Origin: Enoplolaimus lenunculus
Lineage: Eukaryota
Assembly: GCA_030248215.1 (NCBI GenBank)
Contig: JASANG010001649.1
Location: forward strand, 124,001-188,000
Direction: 5' to 3'
Length of the DNA: 64,000 nt
Part shown: one piece after another, positions 22,429 through 37,400 of the stretch
How the letters are laid out: the number at the start of each line of letters is the position of its first letter
Position numbering within the stretch: the stretch's first letter is position 1
The notes under the pieces: generated by a model
The model's input: only the letters and a program-made list of their open reading frames with translations
Told to the model about the DNA's origin: nothing
Database searches by the model: none
Position numbers and translations under genes: made by a program

Positions 22429-25400
22429 GTAAGTAAATTCAACTGTCCTGGTACATAAAAAGTTAGTTTTGTACCCACATCATCTGTGAACTGTATTCCT
22501 TTTGATTTAGTAAGCGTTGTAAATATTGCAAAGGTAGCATCAAAGAAATTTGAATTGTTTCATTTTTGCTTGGGCGTAAGCCTGCATAGGCTTATAGGCT
22601 TTCGCTTAATCTAAGGTTTACGCATAGACTTAGCTTTATTAGGATTATGCTTATGCTACTGTTAACGCTCCTTAAAATAACATTGGCCAACAAACGTCCA
22701 GGCCATGACATCCACCACTTTGATTTATTTCGAAAGATAAATTCAAATTTTGCGAGACAAATTTGCTTTTCTCGCCACCAGCCACAATAATGATCATTTG
22801 TGCCCCCAACTCCGCTTAGAAGTTGACAGGAGTCCACATGGAATACACCACCGGCGGATGCGGATTCACAACAAATTTCTGAAAGAGGTAGCGGTGCAAA
22901 CGCCATTTTAGTGCTAAACTAATGCTTTTATTCCTGTGTTAAGGAGTCCTAGGATGGGGTGACACCCTTCGATTCGTCAGTGAAATTGACCAGGACCTCT
23001 CGCAAGCTCGCATGTACTTGCCACCAACACAATAATATTAAACGAGCAAAGCGCAGAAATACTAAAATTGTACCATTTAGAAATTTTAACGGTTTAGCGT
23101 GGCAGGAATAATGATTTGAACACTGACGGACAATTAATATAATTCAGTTTTATGCGTTATCATGTTACTAGCAGTATTATATACAATACATAAACCATGG
23201 ACTCTGCAATATACATGCATTGATTTGTACGTGGGAGTTCGGCGAATTTTGATTGAATTTCAGCAAATTTTATGTCCTGAAATATTTGTGACATTTTAAA
23301 ACGGTGATTTGAATGTTTTCCTGTGTTCTGACAGTGTTTTATTGCGGTTGCGGTTTAGCGATGTGTAGTATATGGATGGATGGGTGGGGCCTGTGTGGTT
23401 TCTGAGTGTTAGAAAATGGTTGTGCGGCCCAGTATGAAACGGGCAAGGTTTTGTTTTGGAATTTTAGAGAGATTTCGTGAATTGTTTTCTTTCTATTAAG
23501 CTTTACTAAACTCAGTGGCACAGTAGCCGGTCTGCGTGTGGGAGGGGAGGGTGGGGTGGTGCTGAATAGGGGTAACAGTTCATATCTTTGAAGTAAAAAA
23601 ATTTTGCACAACAGAGAATGAAAAATTGTCTGAAAAACAGCACTGTCCCTGCTAATTATCGCACCTCAAGGCATGTGGTCTGTCTTGTTTTTGGATTAGC
23701 AGCTGCGTCCGCAAAAAATCATATTTTCGGAATGTCTTTTGTTTGATTATTTCCTTCTCCAACTCCCGGTGTTCATAATTAATAGGTTTTTATAAGTAAC
23801 TTTATTGATCTTCAAATATAATATGGAGTCAAATGTTATTTGCGAATGCTTACAAAGTATGGGCACAAAAACGTGTTGTCAGCACGCAAAATTGGTATGT
23901 TTATTAACTGTTTTCCTTGTTGTTTTATGTTCTAAAATGCTCAATTAAGGTGTTATATTTTGTCGATTTTAGCTATATAACAGTAGCCCAAAACTATAAG
24001 GATAAGCGTTGCGCTATGCTCGCTGGTCGGCATCGAAGGGCACCGAGTGTCGGCGTCCGGTGACGTGCCCTGGCAGATGGCGCCGTACCATGGCAGGTGG
24101 AGCCGTCCATCGGCGAACGGCGGCACCCGGCCTTGGACGGCGCCACTCGGCCTTAAGTGGCGCAGATACGTCTACAAAGGTATTGTCAACTGGCGTGCAT
24201 CTGGGCGCTTCGCGAATGAGTCATATAGACAAACATTAGGCATTTGTTGCTATTGGTGATTGCGGTTATATATATATACGATTTCATATTTCAGTATATA
24301 TTCGTTCGATAGACCTAAAGTTTATAAAGTTTAGCCTTTAGTGGTCACCAATTCTTGTGCGATATGCGCTGTTGATTTTTTGGCAAGAATTAAAAGCGGA
24401 TACGACAATAATGTTTAAGGCTCTTAAATGTCGTAAAAGATTATTTCTTCGCTTCCTTGGTCCACCATGAAGTTTTTGTGAAGTTTAGCAAACTCGTACC
24501 AGACATTCAGATATGCAAAGCGTGCAAATTCAGTAGGAATCTATATACAAAGTCAATACAGTTTTGGTTTAGGTTCATTTTATGCTTGGGCTTTGTTAAA
24601 AATTACTATGAACGTAATATGCGCTAGCCAGCCCGTATTACTTTGAAGGACGAACCATTTTTTGCGAGACTATAATAGAGCAGGCTTAAGCTTCTGACTA
24701 ATTTGTCGATTTGACTTAGGCTTAGTGACAGGCTTATCACACTGAGGCTTAGTTTTAAGCTTTGGAACATGCTTATACTATAGTTACGCCCTTCAGTGTA
24801 GCATTGGCCCGCTAGGCTATTAATCAGCTTAAATAATACTGTTTCAAACGTTAGTGTCAGACGATGCTATATGCATAGCTTACGCATGGGAGTCACTTGG
24901 GGTCGGGGACGTGTTCACCACATTCACTCTGTATCACCTAACGGGAAACAATTTATAGTTTCGGGGGTAATACTCATATGTTCTTCCACACCGATAATTT
25001 CTGTTTGGCCGAATAATCGAGTTTGGTGAACGGTGTTATTTTCAAAGAACTAAAGCGCCTTTAAAGTGAGGGCGTGGTCGGCATATCCCAATGCCTTGTG
25101 CAAACCATTTTGATACCGCAGCGATTACCAATTAATTTTAGAGTTTACACTTAACAAGATTATTAATATGTGCTATAATTAAATATCAAGTAGACAAGTA
25201 GTCTACGAAAGAATACGCTGGTGAAGTATAGAGAAAACTTCAATACCTGTAAGAATATACAATGTAACCGAGTGCAACGGAGGTGAGAAATACCGGAACT
25301 GGAGGTCGACAAAATGTGTTGGAGCCGGAACAGGAAATAAAACCGGCGGTACCGTGATATCACTGTATCAGGCAGTGGCCCATGTAAAGATCAGGGGCGG

Positions 25401-28400
25401 AATGTTTTTTGTGGGACTAGAATAGAATAAGCCTACGCTTTAGACTAATTTTTTGCTTGGCTTAGGCTTAGGCTTAGGCTTAAGAATAAACACATTCTTA
25501 CGCTTTGGCTTAGGATTAGGCTCAGGCTTAGGCTAAGGAATAAGCTTATAATACTGTTCCACCCCTGTTCGTTACTTTGGCCCAGTCAGTTAAAATAATG
25601 GTTAATTTGCTTATTTTGCCAAATATCTACAAAGCGTTGTCAAAAATTTATGATTAGGCTATTTTTTTAAAAACCCCAACAATTAACTCATGAAAATTGT
25701 TCCAAAACTTAAACACAAACGCACCGAATGATACAGTGTTTGTAAATCAAGGGAAAATTTTACAGCGGAAGTTGCTGAAACATCCGGCAGAAACTCTACC
25801 GGAGCCGGAGGCGACCCTCTGGTTGTATCTTGCAATGTAATTGTATTAAATGCTTAGGTAGGGTGGTGTAAATCAATTGAATGCTTTTTACGTTTTAGAT
25901 GAAAAATGCCCAACTCTTGTTCCGAGACAGGCATCGCATTAAGACATCGTTTTAAACTTAAAGGGTTCGCTTAGCATTGCTTAAGCTCAATTTATGTTAT
26001 GAATTGTATCGTTAAAGTAACTCAATTCAGATTAAGATGGGAACGCTCAAAACTAGGTTCAACGCCTCAAATTTACTATGCTGTCGTGCACGCAAGTACC
26101 AAATGATTTGCGGCTAACAGAAACCAGAAATTGTTTAGTAAAAGCGTAAAACATTTGGACGGTGCACGGAAAACAAACCAATTCGCCAGATGGTCGAAGG
26201 TCGAAGATACGCGCAGGAACGCATCTGTAAAACGGTGGCGCTGTGCTTATCGAGCGGCGCCTTTCGACGAAGTACGTCACCGGTCACGTACGATATCGCA
26301 AAGTGACATACGGTGACGGACGGCGCCGGACGTCATCAAATTATTGCGCCACCCTGAGACTGGCGAAGATATATATACACGCAGAAACCGGGCACTTCGG
26401 GTATCTTCACCAGTCTTACAGCAGATGCGTTCCTGACACTAACTGGAACTGTTCTGTTTTAACCCTGAATTTAATTTTGTTCTGGTTATACGCGAAGGGC
26501 AATCCTGTAGATAAAAGGGTTCGTTTACGGTTTTGGCAAATTCACATTGAAGCTTTGCCTGGACGCCAGGCTGAGACTGAATGTAGCAATCGAGGACTTT
26601 TGGGTTTATTTTGCTAACCAATTAGTCTAATCGGTTTTATGTGCACCGTTTCTGACGTTCGGCCGTCCGATCCAATGTGCAGAACAGGAGCGGAACAGTA
26701 ATATAAGCATATTCCTAAGCCTAAGTTTAAGCCTAAGCGTAAGAATGATCTTATACTTAAGCTGAAGCATAAACAAAAATGGTCTATTAAAGCTTAAGCT
26801 TACACTATTCCAGTCTCACGGAATAACGTTCCACCCCTGATCTTTACATGAACCGATGTTTGAAGAGACCACTTTATTTTTTTAATTTTACTTTAATCAC
26901 TTAAGAACAAAAAGCCAACAGAAATTTAAAACCAAATTGCCGGAACTGTGCGATGTCACGTATTGGCCAATCAGAGTCAGTTATCGTTCGCAGGCAATCA
27001 AGGTGATTTTTGTTATCACTCGCTAGCGATAAAACGATCAAGGAGGTAAATTTTGTGTCAGCCGCTCCTTGAAACATCCAGCTTTAGTTCCAAGTAGAAT
27101 ACGGTATTTCGGGGGGGGGGGGGGGTTGCAACGAAAATCAAGTTTACATTGTTTACTTTTACGCAATTTTTAATTTTTGTTCCATAAAATTGAACTAAAG
27201 ATGCATTCTGTGCTTCTTGAGCGCATGAGATCAATTTTGTATTGGCCCTGCATTATTTGAAAATTTCACAAGAGCCAATCAGTTACAGGGACGTCCCATA
27301 ATCGTAAGCTATTTTTATGCCTACAGAAGACGAGTCTAAATTGGTCAATGTATAGAAATTGGACCACGGCAGTAGTATAAGCATATACCTAAGCCTAACC
27401 TGGAAGCCTAAGCGTGAGATTCAGCTTAAGCAAAAAATGGTCTGAAGCTTAAGCTTTCTATACTCCGGTCCCAGAAAGCATTCTGCCCCTGATTTTTACA
27501 TGGGCCGCCTAAATGTAACCCTACAATATTGCTGTCCGCACAAAAAACAGAATACTCGTAAAAGTTAGACTACAATTTGTGTATAACTTCCATTGGTACT
27601 ATTCAATATCTTGGTTATTTTAACGTTATTTGATGATTTACTACAGCGTCAATCATATGTCACTGGGTCCAGATTTAAATGGTTTAATTTCTGAACCAAT
27701 TTTTTTTAAAAAGAATAAAATAAACTATTTACACGGAAATTAACCAAGACCAAATTTCCTGTTTTGGTAATAACTTAAGCAGTTCCGCCTTCGCGTTTGT
27801 GTTTTGGGTAAAGTTTCAACAAAAGCAATGATTTAGCTAGCAGAAATGCAAATACTGTTAAAATAACATGGTTTATGAGCTTCAAAATATTGCATTACTT
27901 TTTAACTATCGTATTACCAACGAAGCAATTTCCGTATCGTAACCTAACCGTAGTATAAACATACTCCTTCGCTTAGCCTAAATCTAAACGTAAGGATGTG
28001 GTTATATCTAAGCCTAAGTCTAAGTCTAAACCTAAGCAAAAAATTAGTGTAAAGCTTAAGTTTACTCTACTGCAGCCCTACAGAAAAACGTGGCGAGTTT
28101 GATATTAGGCCGTAACCTTTAAAACAACAAAGCGTACAATCCGGATCAATTAACTTTGAGGGGTCTTTTCTTGAAGTAAAACAAAATAACGGGGTGTAAA
28201 CTGCGAAAAACCAAATGAACAAAACGAGCGAGAATGTGGTAAAAATGTAACAAAAAATTTCTTTATTTATGAATCACTGGATCTAGACTTTCTTGAGATC
28301 TCTTGGCTTCGCGTTCTTAAGCGACAAACAAAGCCTACGGAAAGAAGGCCGGTCGAACTCACATGGGGCGATAAGAAGGGGCCCCTCTCAACGTCTATTA

Positions 28401-31400
28401 TTGCTCTCCCTTGACGGAAGAAATTCATGTGTTTTCTAAAAATTGTTTCTTATCCCCTTTTGTAAATTAATCATCACCTCTGTACAAGGCCCATGTGAAA
28501 ATAAGGAACGTTTTTCAGCTGGACTACGCAATAGAGTGGGCGTAAGCGTTAGACAAATTTTTTGCTAAGGCTGGGTTAGGCTTTGGTATAAGCTCATTCT
28601 TACACTTAAGCTTAGAAATATGTTTATACTACTGTTACGGCCCAGTTCTATATATTGGCCCTTTTTGCTAGCGATCCTGTGCTGCGGGCATTATATATGT
28701 AGACGAAATGTTCTGATAACAACAGATGATGATATAGAATGGTTTAAAAAAGCTATAGCAGATAAATTTACCATGAACCAACCATGGCATAAGCAATGAG
28801 TCGTTATATGGTATATGTCGTGAATTATGTCCTTTTGTGACAATCTTTCTTTATTTTTAACCCCGGGGTTTTTTTCTGGTTTTTTTTTGCAAAGTCAAAC
28901 CAAATGGTAGCTTGTTTTTGAAACCTACTTGATGAGCAACAAACGACCAATTTAGATTTAACAACGAAATTGTAACTCGTGGTAAATCAGATGGTAATTT
29001 CTAGCGTTTAGTGTTGTTTAGGCTGGTGAACGATTGGGCTTTTTTTATTTGTCGCCGGTTATCTTGGCCCGTAGCCAGCTCATCTTGCCAGGGAGGCAAA
29101 ATATTTTTTAAGAGGTGCATACAAGGGTTTTCAATGACTTACAAGCAAGGAGGAAAATTTTCTAGGGGAGGGCAAAATTCTTTCATGGGTGTTGAGCCCC
29201 CCGTGGCCGCCCTCTAGCTAGGGTCCCACGGATATCATATTTTGGGTCCAGAACAAAAAATAGATCATATAGCACGATCAGCAGTCGCCAATGCTATGCT
29301 ATCAGGTTCATACCAAGCCAACCATGATACAGATTGCTCCAAAAATGCCATAGAGAATTACATAGCACAAGTTAAATATAGGCGCCTATCTCCTGAAGAT
29401 AAGTCAACTGTGGGAAGAAAGACTAAAAGGCTTGATCTTACGCTTAGGTATAGGCGTACGTTTAGGCTTAGGCTTAGTCTTTGGTTCATGCTAATCAATG
29501 ACTATCAGGATTGTAATTTTCAAGACGCGCCTTCTGTATAACAATTTCTATTTTGACAGGTAAACTATTTTTTTCTGTTATCCTGCCATAATTTACCACA
29601 GTTGTGTGTCGAGGCCGCTGTTTCCGCTACCTGTTTCTTTTTCTGGTTTTAATTTCGAAGCTTCTTTGTAATTAGGTACTGATTTAATTGGTTTCAGGGC
29701 GGACACTAAAAAGGTTCTCGAGGTCACGCGAAAACCATTGCTGCCAAAAAACATCTTGAAGATGTTTCAGCTCTGCTTTATTTGATTGGTTAGTAACAGA
29801 GGCCAATGTATAGCACAGTGCCGTAATTGTAGCATAAGCATATTCCCAAGCCGAAGCCTAAGCCAAAACCTAGTGGTAAAGTAGCGTCTCACCACCAGCA
29901 ACAGAAAATTTTCAGGAGTTCCTACAAACGTTATTCGTAAGCTTAAGCTTAGTTTTTGGTCTCAGCCAGGCCCGTAGCCAGCTCGCCTTGCTTGGGGGGG
30001 CAAAGGATTTTTCGGAGTGGCATTCAAGGGTTTAAAATGAGTTACAAGCAAGGTTAAAAACTTTCTAGGGGGGGGGGCAAATTTTCCAAGGGGCTAGGCC
30101 CCCCCTGCCTCACCCTTGGCTACGGGCCCGGTCTCAGCCTAAGAATATTAAGCGTATTGCAAGCTGAAGCCTAAGCAGAAAACAATTAGTCTAAACATTA
30201 AACTCAACTATAGCGGAGAACCGCCCGCCAGTCAGCTATACATGGTCGAATTTACAATTTATTTCGGAGCAAAATAGTCAAAATTATAAACGGGAGCATT
30301 ATTAACAAAACAATAAAAACTTACAATGTTACAAATAACGAAACAGTGCAATTGTACTTATTTAAAGGCGTACAGGACCAGCCCTCTTTTCAATCATTTG
30401 TATAGGAGTCCACTTTTCGGATTCAATGACTATCTTGTTTTACGCTCCAAAATTTCGTTTATGTCCTGTTACGACCCATGTAAAAGTTCAGGGGGGGCGG
30501 AATATTTTTCTGTGGAACATGAAACGAATAATGTTAAGCTTTTATATTAATTTCTTTTGCTTAATAGATTTAGGATTAGGTATGAAGTAATTGTTACGCC
30601 TAAGTTTGGGCTTAAGCTTTTGCTTTAATTTAGGCTTATATTTGTAATACCCTGTAGATTCTGGTGAGGCGCTGTTTAAATTTTTAGCTCTGTAAAAACA
30701 ATACAAGAGTTCAAGCTGCTGTGTGCGAAATTTTTTTTGGCTCAAATCTTTTACAGCATTTTATCTTAGAGCTGAATAGCTGGAAAGTGTTAAAACATCA
30801 AAGATTCAATGAATTTTACAATTTTAAAGAAGTTCAGTATCAGAGTTTAAAATATACTCTGCGTAACTACTATCCGTATCCCATCATTAAAATTTTGGCC
30901 AATGTATGCAACAGGGCCGCTATAGTAGTATAAGCATATTCCTTATCCTAAGCCTAAACCTATAGCTAAGTGTAAGAAACAACTTATACCTAAGACTAAG
31001 CCTATGTAAAAAATAAGTCTAAAGCTTAACTTCACCCCTGATTTGAACCAGCAGTTTTGTCAATTCAGATTTGTGCCAGAAAGTATTTCAATATTAAACA
31101 AGTTGTCATTTGATTTTAAAGGCACTTTCGTCCGGTTTAATGAGGGTCAACTTTGTAATTCTATCACGATTTTGGTGCTTAAATTTTGTGGTTTAGTTCA
31201 TTAGCTAAGTACTTGTTCAATAATTTTCGCTATTTCGGCAACCACAGTAAATTTTGTCTACTGGATGCTTAAGTATAATCTGCGACGTTAGAAAATACAG
31301 AAATGTTGCCAAATCATGCTGAACTAAAGATATTTCTGGTTTTGTTGATTTTATTCCGTCTTTCGTATGTTGTAAGAATACATCTACTATGTCCGCGTGT

Positions 31401-34400
31401 TCTTTGGTCTGCTAGAATAGAAATATATTCTAAGTTGCCGATTTACTTTGATTAGCTTTCTTTATTTTCACTCTGAGTCATTTTTTCATATGTATACAAG
31501 TCAACAAATTTTGAATATTGTTTTGCAGCTGTGCAATTTTATGAATACAGGCTAGTAAACTATAGTGCATTTTTTGTGTCACCGAAAGCACAACGTAAAC
31601 TGGACTTGTACCATTTGAGAGGCGAGGTGGTGCAGCCATCATCGAAAAGTTTTGGCCCCATAGCAAACTTTTAGCGCCACTTGTGAGTAACGTGAAATCC
31701 GAACACGGCCGTGGCCGCCTTGAAGCTTTTTTAGGCCACTTGGCCTGTTGATCTGTAGACGGGCTTGAACGGAATATCGACTCTATTGTGTTTTGAACTT
31801 TTTCTTAAAATTAAGCATGGTATTGCACGCTTCGCGTTAATAACTTTGTAGTTTGTCACGTACTCATTAAACATTTTTATGTGGTAATGCATTATTGGTA
31901 AAACATTTAATTTTTAATATAGTATGCACAATAGACGTTTTTCCGTCTACTTTGTTTGTTTGAAAATTTGTCGCTACATAAATATAAGGTAAATAACAGA
32001 GTGCGATCGGATACCAAAAAATGCCGAACCTGGAGCCGAGCCGGATAATCAAAAATCCGGCCATATCAGGAGCTGGGTAGGTAATTCAAATCTAATACAA
32101 GATGTCCCACTATTCTATGTTTTTGCAGCGTTGCGTTCGGTTTCAATGTATGTTTGAACCATGTACGTACTTTTAAGCGCATCCAGTTTTTCTTAGGTGC
32201 ATCAGATAGAAGTGGTATAGGATAAGAGATGTGAATCTCGGTCTCGGCAAGTTTTGGTATTTTGCAGGTTTTGGCCTCGGTTTATGAATCTCAGTGACTT
32301 GGAACCCAGATCAGAAGTCGAGGATTCGACAAATATTTTTAGGTATTGACAAAAAATTGTCCGAGATCGTGACTTTTCATGGCGAATCTCGGTAGTCAGG
32401 TCTCGGGCTCGGGTCTTGGTTTTTAACCGAGACCGGCGTTGCTTGCTTAATATTGGGGATATTATTTTGCTTGGGCTTGGCCTAAATTTAGACTTATTTT
32501 TATGCTTGACTTTAACTTAGGTTTAAGAATTGGAATGCGCTGAAATACGTATCACTGGTTATCTATCAGGGTTTCCAGCGTTATCGTAACCCGATAGAGA
32601 TTGCAAGGTATACAAACACATGCAGACATTTACAACACATTTATGCAAGAAAAAATATGTAAAAGTATGTTAATCATTTCCGTGGCAGTTGGCATAAATA
32701 CAAATAATGGTTTCAACTTTTTGAAACTTTTAGAAAACATCCGGCAAGAATAGTGTTCGATATTGCAAGACCTATTTGTTTAGAACCATATCAGGTTATC
32801 CAAAATTTCAGACAAACACATTTTTTCATTGTTAAATTTGAATTGGCCGCTTGTGCATTGTATTTTGCTTCAATACATGTAACTAATCGTAGATTAGTTC
32901 AAAAATCAGCGAATTTCTTCAGATTCGTCAATATATATTGATTGCCAAGAGGGTCAGGGCGCATCATATAATTTTTTCCTCCTTGAGCTATTTTCGCTTG
33001 ATGTTACACGCAACAACATGTACATATAAATCCCACCTGCCTCGTCTTATCGGCATAACAACGTATTAAATAGCCGGACAATTTTCTATCAGTCAAAAAC
33101 CATATATACTCTATGAACTAGCTATGTATCCTCGACGTTGCTCTTGTGTTTTTTAACTTGCCTTTGTCTAAGTTTTTTTGCTATTGTCACTATTTATTAT
33201 TGCCGTCGCACGCAATCAGAAACGAAAGTTTCAAGTTGTGAATAGGGACCATGAATGTCGAAGTGTGAAGTTTAACGTTTTAGTAGCGACTGATTTTGCC
33301 ACCCTTGTTAATTATACTGGCCTGGCCAATAATTTTAAGCTTAAACCTAAGCTTGTGAACACCGGAGCATTTAGCCTAATCCTAAGCCTATTCCTAATCC
33401 TATGCCATAAGCCTTTTAGTCTTTAAGTCCCCCTGTCTCCTTGTCTTTCAGAGAGCAGGTACCTATAATTGGCGCGAACCGATTTTGCTGTACTTGTAAG
33501 AACTTCTGTATTGAGCAGGTTTAAACGGATACTAAAAATAACGGAAACGGATAGTGATCAAATTAACGGAAGCGGAAAACGGATATATTGAGGTATAAAA
33601 ATTTCAAAGATGATGTATTTTTCTGCCAACAACAATACAGACGTGCAAATATTCATCGGGCTTTCTAAAATTTTGCCGAAAAAATAGCGGACGCATCGAA
33701 ATTTTTAAGATCTTGGTTGAATTTTGTAAGTTTTATTTCATTTTGAACAATTAGCTGCATATCTGTGATGAAAAATTGCCGGATATATACATGATTTAGA
33801 AATAATTTTTAACGTAAAAATAACAGAATTTCCATTTTTTGAATAACGCAAACGGAAACAGAAACGGACACCGACTTTTACCAGAAACGGAAACGAATAT
33901 TCGGTTACACCTTGGTAATAAGTGAGTATATCTGTTAATTGGACTATTCTCAAATATCATTTAACTCGACTAAGATCGTCTCTCATTTCTACTACCCCAA
34001 ATACGGAAACCCTTCAAACCGAAGGTGCCTCTCACAGTATTTTAAAATACGGAATTTTAGCAATCAATCGGCCTTTGTACCACTGTATAATATATTCTTT
34101 CTTTTCGCTGGTAAACACTCGCGATCATAATTATAATGTAAAAATTTCAACATTTCTTGATTTGGGTAGGCCCATCACAATGAATTTAAAAAGACTGCTC
34201 TTGTACAGTCGGGACGCCTCGGTTTATGCTTTTTGTTGTCGGTTTTGCTTTTCATGAAAGATCACTGTTATGCGAACTTTGTGTCGAAAAACTAATTGAT
34301 TTTTAGTACAGCTGAACAATGTTTACAATATAACCGCAACAGTAGTATCAACATGTTCCTATGCGCAAAACTAACCGAAGCGCAAACATAGGCCTATAAT

Positions 34401-37400
34401 TAACCAAAAGCCTAAGCCTAAACATAAGCCTTACCCAAAAACTAATCTAAATGATAAGCTTACTTTATTGCAATCCCGCTGAAAAACCCTCTGATTTTGA
34501 CATTGGTCGCTGAGCGACGAACCGCTGTTCATCGAAACATGAAGCCTTCAAAACCAATTTCTCCTGAACAATATCCACAATTTATGAATGAAACACTTGT
34601 CATTGATTTTACTACACGAACACATATTCAGTATTGTTTTCTAACATAATTTATTATTTTTTCTGTTCAGAAAATATCGATGGCGTGGGGCCAATTGCTA
34701 AATCTCTTAATCTGGCCAAGGCCTGCATCTAAAGTCGTTGTAGTACAACTGTATCAGGTATTGCCAATGGCTCAGTTCTGTTCGGCAATTTATCACGGTA
34801 AAGCCTTTGATCTTGTTTCCTAACCATGCTTCACAATATGTCTATCTGTGGGTATATAATAAAGAGATATGAGTTGGCTTTGTGGACTATGATGTTTTTG
34901 TAACAAGTTGGTATAGTTTACCTTGGCCAATGTTTCTTTGAATGACGTAGTAGTAAGCATTATCGTACGCCTAAGCCAAGGCCTATATAGCATCAGCGTA
35001 AGGATAGGTCTATAACTAAGCCTAGGCCTACACCTAATACAAAGTGTAAGCAACAAGTTGGTCTACAGATTAAGCGTAGTCTCAAAGTCTCAAATTAACA
35101 TTGGCCGATAGCATTTTGGAAAATTTTACATCGAGGGTTTATATTCATAATTTAGGGTACATAACTTGGATAAAAATAGCAGGGGTTGAAAGGAACAGGC
35201 CGTAGACAGCTCACGCTGGGAGGAGCTAACCATTTTTCTGGAGACGCATACATGGGTTTCAATGACTTACAAACAAGGCAGACAATTTTCTCAGGGGGTG
35301 CGAGGGCTGAAATCCCTTGGCGGCCCTCTGGCTACGGGCCAGCCTTGGAGCTGGGGTCTGGTTTGTGCAAGCGCAAAAAAATGCCAACCGAGAATAGTCG
35401 TCAACGATTACAGCCTAGCTTCTTAACTTGTCTATATGCTAACCAATCCCATTGTCTGAACTATCCAAATGGAACCATCGCGGCTTGCGCCCTCTAACTG
35501 GGGTCGAAACCAAAATTTTGTATTTGATTCAGCACTAAAATAGTGTTCGGCTTTTTTCCCTTTTCGCTTGCGAAATTTTTCCACTATTAAATCTCGAGCG
35601 GCTTCGTTTTAGAACTTTCTGGATCCGTCACTGCACTAAACAAACAATGCGTAACTGTGGGGCGGACCGTTTTTGTCGGGACCACAATAGTATAAGCTTA
35701 AACATATATAGACTAATTTTCTGCTTAGTCATAGAGCAAGGCTCAGGACTATGATTAGTTATAAGCTTATCCTTACGCTGAGCCAAAAGCTTCGGCTTAG
35801 GCTTAGGCTTAGGAATATGCTTGTACTACTAGTACAGCCCTTGGCTATATATAAACTACAATATTTCAATCAATAGTTGAATAAATACCCCCCGGTGTTT
35901 TGAACGCTTTCTAATAGAAGGATCCGTTCATTGACTCCCAAACTGCTTTAGTCGAGCGGTTCTTGTAAGCACCTTTACCCGATATATCCCCGAGTTCACA
36001 TTCAAGCTTGAACACAAGTCTCAGATGAAATTGAAAATATTCATGCGAGAAAGGGTTAATTTTGAACAGTTCAGACTCAGACAGTTTTAGTATACTCTGT
36101 TCTGTCTTGCTTCATATCGTTTAGCTAAAACTGTCTTAGTGTCTTCTAAAGGCGTGAAGTTTGTCACATACATGTATTTTACTAGCAAGCCAGCAACCTC
36201 AGTTGTACTTTAGCTCGGCATATAGCAACCCTTCACACATTCTATATTTCATTTGTTGCCGGCTCTGCTTGGGCAAACACTATCAAATATGGTGGCTGTA
36301 CAACATTCAATAATAACTCATAATGACCACAATGCCCTTAAGGCAGCTGATTTGCGACAGCAGGGATGGATATTTGCCTATAGTCCATGTACCTCTAGCG
36401 ACGTCCCGTTTTTTCGCACGACTGCAATAGATTAGGATTCGATTTTTTGACTATTCTTGCCTAGACTTAAGCTTGTGCTCTGAATTAACACTTATATTTA
36501 CGTTTTAGTATTAAGCTTTGAAAGTGCGCATTCTTGAGCAACGGCCCTAAAACTAACGTTAGCCGCATCGATAATCATGTAGTTAATGCCATTTTGTGAT
36601 ACCTCTTTACTAAGCTGGGTCCGTAGCTGGAATGAGCCATGTCCCGGATGGATCATAATAAAGGCCAGTAAGGCTCGCGGTCTCTGGGCCCACGCCTTCA
36701 GGAAGACCATGACGAATGAATCAAAACTTAAAATTTTACGAAGATATTTTGAACCACGGTTTTCTGGGCGCAGTTTACCCATGAGCCCGTACAGGGCCAA
36801 GACGATCTCATTTCCGACTAAAATCAGCGTTAGTGCAGCCAGTGCTTTCCGAAATTTTGTACTGCTTTTTGTTGTTTTAAACAACGGATTCGACCCCGTA
36901 GCAAAGAGTTGGCCGGGGGGCTCACCCACCCTGGAAGAACTTCGCCTCCCCTTAGAAAAGTTTCAACTTTATCAAGGTAACCGGGCTACGGGTCTGAACG
37001 GCAAGGACCCGTGTTGCTGTCACCTGACAAATGGCATATATGCCTAATAACAACCGTGTGTTTCTTATATTAATTTAATTCATGTGTAATACTGAAACAA
37101 TCTGCACAGCTTAAGATAGTAAAAGTTTTAACCTTATTTTTAACTAAATTAGATTAACATTAGCGAGTTTATTTTTAGAGTTTCATAGCGTTAGTAGCTT
37201 TAGGTTCAGGCTGTTTGCGACCCAGAATCTGTCGATAGTTAAATTTCTGTCTCAAAGAATTTTGAAGTGATTTTTTAAATTTAGGAAATTCGCTAAAACC
37301 GTAAGAGAATTTTTAACCACACGGAACGATGTTGGTTTAAAATTTGGGATTTAGCACCCAGGGCAGCGGCGTAGCTAGGATGCCCCATGTTACTTTAAGG

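Noticed and set aside
24009..24259. GC-rich ORFs in the first FHA intron
   Set aside because: Shares GGACGGCGCC/GTGGCGC motifs with repeats at 26230-26355 and 38460-38545; more likely a MITE remnant.
36498..37047. Two antiparallel ORFs of 143 and 153 aa
   Set aside because: No recognisable domain or splice signals; they overlap family B and C MITE fragments.
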